Origin: a virus
Length of the DNA: 64,000 nt
Virus record (IMG/VR): IMGVR_UViG_3300030108_004965
Span: 127,697-191,696 of that record
Reading direction: 5' to 3' (one strand)
The notes under the pieces are model-generated. The model did no database searches. It had not been told where the DNA came from and was given only the letters and a program-made list of their open reading frames with translations. Below are positions 8,875 to 17,986 of the stretch, one piece after another. Made by a program: the position numbers and the translations under genes. Each line of letters starts with the position of its first letter. Position 1 is the stretch's first letter.

Positions 8875-9683
8875 TTAATCTCCTGAATAAAGTGTGTATA
8901 GTGTTTTGTGTAATAATAACTTTCTGATTCTTCTGTGGACCAGATAGCAAATGAAGTTTCTCTTCCAAGATCTTTGCTTTCTTTTGCCATTGCTCTTACA
9001 TTAGGCAGAATAGAAATGTCGTTAGCAAGTTCTTCTTCATTTATGTTAATAATATAACTTGTTTCAGTAATGTTGTCAAGTGGAAAGAGTAACTTTTCTT
9101 CATTTTTTTCTAATAAACCATAGCCGAGTGTTGTTATCCTGCTGATTTCTTTAGGAATATGCATAGAGCCAAATTCTGACTTGACATTATTACAATAATT
9201 AAAGGTGTGAATTGCTGTGTAGATGTAGTGATTTACTTTTTTATAGTAATCATAAATTGTTCCGTGACCTACAAGGCTTACAAGCATTTTATTATCAACC
9301 AAGATCATTTCTTTTATCTTACCAGACCTTGTATACTCCTGTAGGACGTTAAAGTGAACTTTGTGTCTCAATTGTTCCTTCTTGGATGAAAATTCCAAAT
9401 CCGGACACACATATAAAACAGTCATTTCAACGTGCAATAAACCCTCTAGAACGCGTAGCGTGGCACCAGAGATCTTACCACTACCACAAACAATTAAAAT
9501 GCCTTCAGAGGCAGATTTGATGGCTTTCTTGCGTGGTCTATAATTGATTGCATCATACTCTTCAACTGACTGTTGTTTTTTTATACCCTTCCCTTCATCT
9601 AATAACTCAACATGATATTGACTGTGTTGTTTGAAAAGAGTTGCGATGTTACACCCAGCCTCTCCAAGTCCTATGATTAGCAT
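8871..9683 (-). CDS. Tubulin/FtsZ-like GTPase (PhuZ/TubZ-like)
   Basis: N-terminal IIGLGEAGCNIA (FtsZ GxGGxGxN loop), degenerate signature CGSGKISGA, ILVDN, NHYIYTAI, TTLGYG; 270 aa. Confidence 0.75.
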   Translation of the reverse strand: MLIIGLGEAGCNIATLFKQHSQYHVELLDEGKGIKKQQSVEEYDAINYRPRKKAIKSASEGILIVCGSGKISGATLRVLEGLLHVEMTVLYVCPDLEFSSKKEQLRHKVHFNVLQEYTRSGKIKEMILVDNKMLVSLVGHGTIYDYYKKVNHYIYTAIHTFNYCNNVKSEFGSMHIPKEISRITTLGYGLLEKNEEKLLFPLDNITETSYIININEEELANDISILPNVRAMAKESKDLGRETSFAIWSTEESESYYYTKHYTHFIQEIK

Positions 9684-9889
9684 TTTTCCTCCAATTTTTC
9701 TATTTCGTCCTCAAACAAATAGTATATTCTACCGTTGATGGCAACGCCGTAAACATTCATCCTATCAAAGTACGCATTAGTTTCTGAGACGACACCAATT
9801 TCGCCCTCTTTAAGTTGTCCCATGATAGCCCTGATGTTTTCTACTTTTTTTAAAGTAACAACCAAGTCACCGTTTTTCAAGGGTGCCAT
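9677..9889 (-). CDS. Hypothetical 70 aa SH3/KOW-like protein
   Basis: LKNGDLV...GEIGVV...YGV pattern; translationally overlaps its neighbours. Confidence 0.6.
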   Translation of the reverse strand: MAPLKNGDLVVTLKKVENIRAIMGQLKEGEIGVVSETNAYFDRMNVYGVAINGRIYYLFEDEIEKLEEKC

Positions 9890-11073
9890 GTGAATTCTCT
9901 CATGTCTCCAAGGTTATGTCCGATGTGACAAGAAGATGGGAACTTGCCCAACTTTGTATCCTCAAAGATCTCTTTCAATTGCGGAATAAGGCAACGATCA
10001 TCCCGATGAAGGTCAATAATACAGCAATCGTGTATAGTAAAGGCGACATAACTTTTTCTATCCCTTAAGAATACATTGATCTTACTGACCCGTTCCAAAC
10101 AATTATCACTGGAATGAGACTGGAGAACATAATTGAGGGCGTGGAAGGGGCCGCAGGCGGCTTGTCGTCCGAATTTGGTGTGTATTTTTTCTTCTCGGTA
10201 GTATTGTCCCAGAATGGCTTGTTTGTCATAGGGAGAGGATTCGAGTGCTTGGGAGTTGGGGTTGTAGAGCCATGCGAAGAATTTTTGCTTTGCTTCGTCA
10301 CGACTAATTTCTTGCTTAAATATTTTCTGTTGATGCCATTCATGTATATCTCCTTGTGGCTGGTTCTCTCCTGAGAGAGATAATAGTGTTCTGATTTCGG
10401 CTGCGTTGAAATCCAGTTCCAAAAAGCAGTCCCACTTTGGTTCTACTATAGGTTTCAATTCTTTTTTCAAGTTCATAATTGGAAAACTGCCCGTTCTAGT
10501 AGTGAGGCGACCGGTCTTGCTGCCGAATAAATTATAATTCACAGTTGGGTGTGGATTGTCTTGCATCCATTTCAAAAGATTTCTTGCCTTTATATCGGTT
10601 TTTGCTAAATTATATAGTTTGTGCATGTTAATATTCACTCGGTTTTTCGCTATGTCCTGTATGGTTAGGTAAGCCTCATGCATAAAAGAATAGTTTCTAG
10701 GTTCTTCAAAATTTTCAAAAACCCATTCGCAGATTTCGTTTTTGACCTGAAAATAATGTTGCAAGTGTTTCTGAGGTACAAGATCATAGAAACATACGTC
10801 TTCGAAATTTATTTTTGCTTTATTGAATGATTTAAAATGTGCTTTTATTTTGTTCTCATAACATAAGAATCTATTTTTCAAGTGCTCTGGGCAAACATCT
10901 CTAATACTCTGACCACCAGACCAAATGTAACCGTAATGTATAAACTCGTCCCTAAGATGATCAGAATAATTCCAAGTGCTGTCGAGATTTTTAAAATTCT
11001 CTTCATAAATAAATTCTCCATTTGCAAAAAAGCCAACACAATCTCTCTTGTCGTCTAGGATTTGAAATACCAT
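9877..11073 (-). CDS. Minimal family A DNA polymerase (polymerase domain only)
   Basis: TGRL, motif A ELDFNAAEIR, GDIH, motif B RDEAKQKFFAWLY, motif C IHDCC; only 398 aa. Confidence 0.8.
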   Translation of the reverse strand: MVFQILDDKRDCVGFFANGEFIYEENFKNLDSTWNYSDHLRDEFIHYGYIWSGGQSIRDVCPEHLKNRFLCYENKIKAHFKSFNKAKINFEDVCFYDLVPQKHLQHYFQVKNEICEWVFENFEEPRNYSFMHEAYLTIQDIAKNRVNINMHKLYNLAKTDIKARNLLKWMQDNPHPTVNYNLFGSKTGRLTTRTGSFPIMNLKKELKPIVEPKWDCFLELDFNAAEIRTLLSLSGENQPQGDIHEWHQQKIFKQEISRDEAKQKFFAWLYNPNSQALESSPYDKQAILGQYYREEKIHTKFGRQAACGPFHALNYVLQSHSSDNCLERVSKINVFLRDRKSYVAFTIHDCCIIDLHRDDRCLIPQLKEIFEDTKLGKFPSSCHIGHNLGDMREFTWHP

Positions 11074-11102
11074 TTGTCCTCCAGTGTTTCATAATCTTAT
11101 AT

Positions 11103-11131
11103 AAGATAACATTAATAGGTTCTTTTGTCAA
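11103..11131 (-). promoter_or_regulatory. sigma70-type promoter TTGACA-N17-TATCTT
   Basis: Minus strand TTGACA aaagaacctattaatgt TATCTT, embedded in the last codons (KLDKRTY*) of the upstream gene. Confidence 0.7.
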
Positions 11132-12353
11132 GTTTTTTTCTTAACCTTTTTTTATGATGAGTTAGTGTTCCTTTTTTGCTCATGAACTTTTTACTAAATT
11201 GATTGTCAATTTGTTCAAGCATTCTATTTTCAGAAATTTTTCTTACAACTAAAGCGCTTTCACAAATTTTATTTAATTCATATTTTGTATAAGGATTTCT
11301 TTCTTCTATGTTTCTTATATAAATATATAATTTAATAATATCATTATTATATATATCTAAATTATTTACTGGTCTTCTGAATACAATATTGGATTGTGTT
11401 TTATTATGTTTTCCACAAACATAAACTGTATTGTGAATCCTATTACTATTGACAAACGAATTATAATAAGATCTCAAATGTTTTCTCAACTCATCCAAGT
11501 CAAAAAACAAAGACTTTTCAAATTGTGTGCTGAAGACCAAATCTAAACTACCTAAGTCAGGGTACCTTTCTCTATATTTTCTAATAGGCATGCCTATTTC
11601 TGGGTCTTCAAAAAGAGCATAAAGATTAGAAACTAAAACACCCGGATTTCTTTTACTAACTGAGAATCCATACTGTCTTGCTAAATTTAGATAAAATTGA
11701 AAAGCCGGATTATCAAGCATGACATCCTGTGTTAACTCGTCATTATGGAACGGTAACCCTGCTATGTCTATAGTCAATCCTGTTGTAAATATGTTGCTTC
11801 TATTTGATCTTTGAAAACCAGAGAACGTAACTGGGGAGCTTGGTCCTTTGTGCTCTACAAAATCGATAAAATGTCTCATAAAATCTTCAAAATTTATAAC
11901 ATCTTGTGTCCTATCCTCTAAAAAAGTTTCATAATACTCTGTCATCAATCCGGAAATGTAGTCAGAATATTCACTGAAAGGGTCAGAGTATCCTTTGTTA
12001 ATGACAATTTCAGATAATACACTATCTCCGGAGGGTATAAGTTGCATCTGTGTTGCTCTAAAAAAATGCTGTTGAAAATCATTAAACTGATCTGCTACAA
12101 AATTCATAGCACTGACTGTGGAGTTCTTGTTGTTGGAGTCCCGAACAACAAAAATAAAATCAGTCCTTGGAATCACTGCATTATGTTGCCTATCTATTCT
12201 GCCATAAAGAGTTCTTTCTGCAAAATTAAAATCCAGTACATTTTGGGGACCGAGTCCGTTGTTTTGGGGAAAAGCATATAGGCTGTATTGTGACCTTTCG
12301 TACATCAAAGACCCTGCGGATTTTATTTCATTATTTCCTTTAAACTCAGCCAT
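11112..12353 (-). CDS. Hypothetical 413 aa protein at the end of the tail operon
   Basis: Long open frame coupled to the hub-like gene; no recognised motif. Confidence 0.7.
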   Translation of the reverse strand: MAEFKGNNEIKSAGSLMYERSQYSLYAFPQNNGLGPQNVLDFNFAERTLYGRIDRQHNAVIPRTDFIFVVRDSNNKNSTVSAMNFVADQFNDFQQHFFRATQMQLIPSGDSVLSEIVINKGYSDPFSEYSDYISGLMTEYYETFLEDRTQDVINFEDFMRHFIDFVEHKGPSSPVTFSGFQRSNRSNIFTTGLTIDIAGLPFHNDELTQDVMLDNPAFQFYLNLARQYGFSVSKRNPGVLVSNLYALFEDPEIGMPIRKYRERYPDLGSLDLVFSTQFEKSLFFDLDELRKHLRSYYNSFVNSNRIHNTVYVCGKHNKTQSNIVFRRPVNNLDIYNNDIIKLYIYIRNIEERNPYTKYELNKICESALVVRKISENRMLEQIDNQFSKKFMSKKGTLTHHKKRLRKKLDKRTY

Positions 12354-15300
12354 TATTCATCCTCACTGTTCGGTTTATTTAACTCGTATGGCGTATGGGT
12401 GGACTCAGATTTTTGAAGCAAGTCAAATAATTCCGTTGTATCCATATATGTTTGTCGTGTGTCCTTTCCTTTGGTTTGGAGTGTAACTTCGTACTTTGGT
12501 GTTCCCTTGGAATTTGCTTTCTCGCTACCCCAATCTCCAACATTTTCATAAGTAAGAATATTCTCATCGATAACATTTCCATCAACTACCAACCCTTCAT
12601 CAGTCACTTCAACAGAGACTTCTAATAGATTCTTTTGATTTTCTAGATATTCTCTTGCATCTTGCCATAATTTTGCATTTTCAGAAGAATAAACGACATT
12701 TCCACCTTCTACATAGGTCTCAGACCTAGTCTCGGCCTCTGATCGTGCCGCTTCTTGTTCTCGCGCTTCTTGTTCTTCTTCTTCAGTTAGATCTAATTCA
12801 TCTATCTCTGGGATATCTTCTACTGGAGCATCCTTCAGGCTGAGATTATCAACCGGATCTCCATCCGTTAACGTTGTGTCAATACGAGTTTCGCCTACGT
12901 CACTGATGCTGAACCCAGAAGAGTCACCCGACTCTAGTCTAGCTAGGTCGGCTTGCATTTCAATAACAGCGTTAGTGCAGAAACCGGCATCTTTATTGTC
13001 AGCATGTGATGCCAGCGGATCAAGTTTATCTGGATCGAACCTACTTAGTCCGTCATCAGCTTGACCATTGCTATCCGGGGATCCCCTGCCGTCTCCGGAG
13101 TAATACCATTGAGCCCTAATTGTTGTTGAAAATTTCCCCGGAGTTATAGAACTATTTACACCAACAATAGTATGATATCCGCCAAATCCAAGTTTATTAG
13201 CAATACTATTGGCTTTATTTGGAGCACCCATAACAGTACCTCCAATACCGTATGGATTGATGTATAGTTCCATACCCGGATAGAAAATAGTATTACCAAA
13301 CATTTCCACGTTTGCAATGTAAACATTAGATAACTGCAATAGTCCGTCAATGCCGTTCTGAAACATTCTGGCTTCTCTCACATATTCGATGTCTGTTTTC
13401 TCAAATGAAATAGATTTAACTATACCTCTATTTGAGCCGACGTGAACATGGAATCTTCCATCGTCTATGTCGTCTGCGTAGTTTCCGGTACCAGTAAATG
13501 ATAGGTTACTACCTACAACATTCAAAAACATGTAGTTATAAAAATTATCAATCTTAGAGACACCAGAAGCATCACCTTTGAGAGGTAAAATCTCATCTTT
13601 TTTGTTGCCCCCATCAACAAAAACAAAAAGATTTACTTTGTCATCTTTTTTATCATAACCCACCGTATTCAACAATGGGTTTTCTCCGGATTTTGAATAT
13701 GCAGTGATCTGGCCTGTGTGAAATCTCAAATTTTTTATTAAAGAAATGTTACTACAACTTTCTAGTAAAGATTTTTGTATTAAATTGTTAGAAAGGTTTC
13801 TTATGAAATTCAAAATAGGAAAAGTTTTCCTAGTCGATCCTTTCGTAAGAACATTATCAGTAAACCATGTCGTAAAATAATCTAAAGAAATAGGTAATTC
13901 TGCCACATTTATCCCATGAACTTTTCTACCAAAAGCATCTAAATCAAAACTACCTAAGATAATAGACATATTTTGTGCACCGGCTGTTGGAGTGGTGCCG
14001 TTAGTTCTCGTAAACATGGTGTCCATGATTGTGTATAGTAAATCACCAAAATAAAAAAATTGTATAACGCAATCCTCAGCATCTGTGTGGTCAATTTCTT
14101 CACTATCAGAAATCCCAACTGAGGAGTAAAAATCTATAATTTCTGTTGTATCTTCGTCACAAGTTTCTATAGTGGTAGTCCTAGTCAGTCTACATTTTTT
14201 AAAAAACCCATTCTTCCGGAAGTGCTTGGCATCTTGTTCATTGACTTTTATGTTATATAATTTTTTTCTTCGTATTATCCTTCGAATAATAGATTGAAGA
14301 GACTTTTTTCTTAAAATCTGTTCTTCCGCATCCATCAGTGCCTTAAATTCTTGTATTCTGCCTACGCTACATCTGCCGCTGTCAATAAGATCTTGTAAGT
14401 TTTTTGTGTTTTGTCTTTTTTTTCTTAGTAACTGCGGGGTCAATAAAGCATCAAACCTAGGAGACTTTAAAGCACTCTCAATGTAGGCTCTGTATGAAAT
14501 TTTTATTTCTACACTACCGTCTACATTTACAGTTATGTCATGATCAACCATGTTAAGATAAAATGACTTGTTTGTATTTTGTATAGCAATTATTAAATTT
14601 TCTATCTCTTTTTCTCCGAAATTACTACCAGCCATTTCATACAAATTATCAGGAACATGATAGCCCACTTCGGCCCTAATTCTATAGAAAGAAGGGTCAT
14701 ACTGGCTCGGGAGGATAACCGGTATATTTGGTCTCTTACCAGCAACCGGTTGAATTATCAAATCAACAAACCTATAGGTGTTACCATCACTTGATATTCT
14801 TTCTTTCACAAAATCTGAGAACGACTGGAAAAACAAAGTTAGGTCTGCTGTTATGTCATTTCTTGATTCCGCCGGGTTTGTTCCGTTGAAATTAAAAGAA
14901 AAACTTTTCATTCCAACCCCATCACCTTTATCAAAGTTGCTTAGTAAAAAACTTTTTGGACTATCGAATTCTGAATGTGTGTAATTTTTTACCCTATCAA
15001 TGTCTGTGCTCTGAGGAAAAATAAATTCTGTCTCTGACAGTTTGAGATTTTGTTCTTCAATTTTATAAAACTTTACTTTTGGAGTGAGATAACTCATTAT
15101 TGATGGAGGTATCTGAAAAAACATAGCACTGTGTTTAGACGAAACCAAACCGTTCAAAATCTTTGATTGATCTTTTGCGCTTTTTGCCATAAAAAAGCGT
15201 CCATTAAAAGGTGGTCTTTTCGTTTTTTTAACTTCATTTTCCAATCTAAATTGAAATTCTCCCTTTAATCTTTCGATATTTCTCATTAAAGCACACTGCT

Positions 15301-16975
15301 TGAAAAACCTCTGTCTTTCATCGATTCCTTGCCCAAGTTCTTTTTCAGAGAGTTCTCCTTCTATTTGTGGATCTTTATTGTTTTTCAATGCGTCGTTTGC
15401 TGCTTTCTCTATTTCATCTTCTGAAGGTGCCTTTTCTCCATCTTTATCTGGACAGCTAGGATCGTCGCGCCGGAGTGTCATCGATTTCCAAAGCGCAACC
15501 CTGAAGGCATTTTCTAAGTTTTGCAGAATAATTGGGTACATCTCAATTGCTGCATCCTCTACTATATTATAAAATTCATCCAGTAAAGTCTCTGTTTTAA
15601 CTTCCTTATCAAATGTTTTAACTGACTGGACCAGAAATTTACTATAAAAAATACAAACAATCGTTGCTAAAGAATTAGGTTGTTCTAACGCTTGTAGTTT
15701 TGGAGCCAGCACCTCTTTTATACCAGTATCTTTAAAAAGCTCAGAAAACAAGCCCTCGAAATTTTCCCTTTCAATGTTTATAATGTAAGCATTTGTATTA
15801 TTGAGACTATTATTCTCAGTCATTTTCAGAGAAGCAACTGAGCCTAAATCTTGAAAAAAATTTCTTACTTGATCTTCTCCATCTCTTTGCGGTAATCTCA
15901 TCTTAGGTATAACTAAAGATCTGCCTCTGCTTGACATTGCACCATCATTATAATTGCGTACGCAATAAGGAAATCCTTGATTTTTGTTATAATTGACGAG
16001 TGTCGAATGGGCATTTTTCAAACTTTTAACTGATTCTGAATTGCCAATATTGTGAATCCCTGCGTTAGCGGCCGTTTTGGCAAATTCACGATTTCCAACT
16101 TTATCTTCGTCGTCGCCTGATGATCCCCTAAATGGCTCGGGTACCCACAGGTTTTCAACATTTTGGTGCGTTACATCGTCTGCAAATTTTTTCAATGTAG
16201 CAGTGATTTCTGCATCGAATTTCTTTATATCTAGTGCCAATGCTCGCAGTGCAGACCATAATGCAAACTCTCCAAGAACTTTATTAAGGATCTCATCATT
16301 TGCTTTTACTAGTAATTTTTGAAAAAGACTGTTGCTGATTACTTCGGGAAATTTTTCTATAACCTTCCATTCTTGATCTGTTATTTGCTTGAGATCATCA
16401 GCAGAATCTGACTCAGGGTCCTTAACGATTGCTTTTGCTAATTTGTATCTAATTTGAAAAGCCATACGATACAGAAAAGCCTCCTGTAGGGTGTACTCCT
16501 CTACAGCAGTCCCTCCAATTTGCTTTAGCTTTATCCAAAAGTCAAACAAGTTATTTTCCAGTTCCGCAGCCCTCAAATAAACTTCAATTGCTTCATCGTT
16601 TAAAAGATCAATAGGGTCTTGGCTCGCGATTTCTTCTGGAGTATTATCAATTGATAAATTTTCTTGTGCTTGTCGATCAAACAAAACGTTGTTACGTACA
16701 ATTGCTCCTATGAGGTTTTGGAACACCCTATCGTCGGCCTGACCCGGTGTGGTAACTTCTGTTCCTTGAACGGCGGTAAAATAATTTGTTACATATGGGC
16801 TGTATTCTCCATCATCTTCGTTTCTGAAATATTCCCAAAATTCTTCTTTGGATAAATCCACAACTTGATCTCGTCTTAGTCTGGTCCAATAAGAGCCAGA
16901 CCTTTGTCTTGGATCGTGTATTAAAAATCCCTCCCCAATAACGAATGTTCGTTTGATTTGACCCCAGATAGACAT
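12353..16975 (-). CDS. Large virion protein, putative baseplate hub (gp27-like C-terminal region)
   Basis: 1540 aa; follows the LysM and tube-initiator genes. C-terminal region G.T.FYPGM..YI...LGFGGY..I..V...I..GKFST.I resembles late-control/hub proteins; acidic tail. Confidence 0.5.
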   Translation of the reverse strand: MSIWGQIKRTFVIGEGFLIHDPRQRSGSYWTRLRRDQVVDLSKEEFWEYFRNEDDGEYSPYVTNYFTAVQGTEVTTPGQADDRVFQNLIGAIVRNNVLFDRQAQENLSIDNTPEEIASQDPIDLLNDEAIEVYLRAAELENNLFDFWIKLKQIGGTAVEEYTLQEAFLYRMAFQIRYKLAKAIVKDPESDSADDLKQITDQEWKVIEKFPEVISNSLFQKLLVKANDEILNKVLGEFALWSALRALALDIKKFDAEITATLKKFADDVTHQNVENLWVPEPFRGSSGDDEDKVGNREFAKTAANAGIHNIGNSESVKSLKNAHSTLVNYNKNQGFPYCVRNYNDGAMSSRGRSLVIPKMRLPQRDGEDQVRNFFQDLGSVASLKMTENNSLNNTNAYIINIERENFEGLFSELFKDTGIKEVLAPKLQALEQPNSLATIVCIFYSKFLVQSVKTFDKEVKTETLLDEFYNIVEDAAIEMYPIILQNLENAFRVALWKSMTLRRDDPSCPDKDGEKAPSEDEIEKAANDALKNNKDPQIEGELSEKELGQGIDERQRFFKQCALMRNIERLKGEFQFRLENEVKKTKRPPFNGRFFMAKSAKDQSKILNGLVSSKHSAMFFQIPPSIMSYLTPKVKFYKIEEQNLKLSETEFIFPQSTDIDRVKNYTHSEFDSPKSFLLSNFDKGDGVGMKSFSFNFNGTNPAESRNDITADLTLFFQSFSDFVKERISSDGNTYRFVDLIIQPVAGKRPNIPVILPSQYDPSFYRIRAEVGYHVPDNLYEMAGSNFGEKEIENLIIAIQNTNKSFYLNMVDHDITVNVDGSVEIKISYRAYIESALKSPRFDALLTPQLLRKKRQNTKNLQDLIDSGRCSVGRIQEFKALMDAEEQILRKKSLQSIIRRIIRRKKLYNIKVNEQDAKHFRKNGFFKKCRLTRTTTIETCDEDTTEIIDFYSSVGISDSEEIDHTDAEDCVIQFFYFGDLLYTIMDTMFTRTNGTTPTAGAQNMSIILGSFDLDAFGRKVHGINVAELPISLDYFTTWFTDNVLTKGSTRKTFPILNFIRNLSNNLIQKSLLESCSNISLIKNLRFHTGQITAYSKSGENPLLNTVGYDKKDDKVNLFVFVDGGNKKDEILPLKGDASGVSKIDNFYNYMFLNVVGSNLSFTGTGNYADDIDDGRFHVHVGSNRGIVKSISFEKTDIEYVREARMFQNGIDGLLQLSNVYIANVEMFGNTIFYPGMELYINPYGIGGTVMGAPNKANSIANKLGFGGYHTIVGVNSSITPGKFSTTIRAQWYYSGDGRGSPDSNGQADDGLSRFDPDKLDPLASHADNKDAGFCTNAVIEMQADLARLESGDSSGFSISDVGETRIDTTLTDGDPVDNLSLKDAPVEDIPEIDELDLTEEEEQEAREQEAARSEAETRSETYVEGGNVVYSSENAKLWQDAREYLENQKNLLEVSVEVTDEGLVVDGNVIDENILTYENVGDWGSEKANSKGTPKYEVTLQTKGKDTRQTYMDTTELFDLLQKSESTHTPYELNKPNSEDE

Positions 16976-17307
16976 TAAAGCAGCGCCCCCAGAACTACAT
17001 CTAGGTTGATTGGGATTTTTATTACATCCCCCGGAGTCAAGTGAGACTCAGTAGGTTTTCTATTAAATTGGGCAACGACCCACCATAATCGTGGATTGCC
17101 AAAATGTTTCGACGCTATTCTCCAAAATCTATCTCCTTGTTTCCAAGTATAGTCAACTGTTTGTATTCTTAGCAATTCTTCTTCATCTGGGAACTTCAAT
17201 ACAGGAGTTGTATATTGGATGATTTTCTTTACTCCACGATCATCTAGTAAATTTTTATACATTTCTTCGTCATTAAATGCTTTTTTTCTATCATTAAATC
17301 TAGACAT
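16975..17307 (-). CDS. LysM-domain baseplate protein (tail X / gp53-like)
   Basis: YTWKQGDRFWRIASKHFGNPRLWWVVAQFN...PGDVIKIP. Confidence 0.8.
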   Translation of the reverse strand: MSRFNDRKKAFNDEEMYKNLLDDRGVKKIIQYTTPVLKFPDEEELLRIQTVDYTWKQGDRFWRIASKHFGNPRLWWVVAQFNRKPTESHLTPGDVIKIPINLDVVLGALL

Positions 17308-17310
17308 TTT

Positions 17311-17973
17311 TTATCCTCCGAATGGGAATTTTTTTATTTTGTCAAAGCCGCCAACAGAGCCACTAGTCCATCCTAAATCATGCTCATGAACAACTGTAAA
17401 ATCAACATTAAGGACTATTACTTTTGGAAATAATTTATTTCCTATTTCAAATGTTCCCATGTCAATCGTAGGGGTCCAATTGAGACTGCCAACCCAACCT
17501 AAAAGACCATCCTGTGTTCCAGAAGCGTCGTTTATAAGATTAGCGTATTTTAGTCTAATTAACGGTGGCTTTGATAAGGTTAGGGCATTTGATGTGTAAA
17601 GAATTTGGTCGCTTGTTTTTTTGTCTTTTGTGTCTATTGTTTCATCTGGTAATTTTGACGAGTAAAATGGGTATAAAAGTTGCGCTAGTGATGATGCTCT
17701 TTGTAAATTTGTTCTTGCCTCGAGTGCATTTGATGATGGTATGGTCCAAGACAGGCTGATCGTTCTTTGTGTGCCTTGAAATGTTCCAATAGGATCATTG
17801 CGACCATAAACATTTTCTGTATTCCAAGTCGATGTGAAATTTTGACTAAATGACTCGATGAAAGCAAGGAACTCTATGCTTTTCCCAATATGCACACCTG
17901 TAAACCTAAGAACGTGCGCCTCCCCAGCGGCTGTTTTTGCTGTATTGGCTGTAAAACTAGTTGGAAATGACAT
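17311..17973 (-). CDS. Tail tube initiator / baseplate tube-cap-like protein
   Basis: F.Q.F...W....VYGR.DPI..FQGTQRTISLSW pattern; lies directly after the tape measure gene. Confidence 0.6.
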   Translation of the reverse strand: MSFPTSFTANTAKTAAGEAHVLRFTGVHIGKSIEFLAFIESFSQNFTSTWNTENVYGRNDPIGTFQGTQRTISLSWTIPSSNALEARTNLQRASSLAQLLYPFYSSKLPDETIDTKDKKTSDQILYTSNALTLSKPPLIRLKYANLINDASGTQDGLLGWVGSLNWTPTIDMGTFEIGNKLFPKVIVLNVDFTVVHEHDLGWTSGSVGGFDKIKKFPFGG

Positions 17974-17986
17974 TTATTTATCCTCT

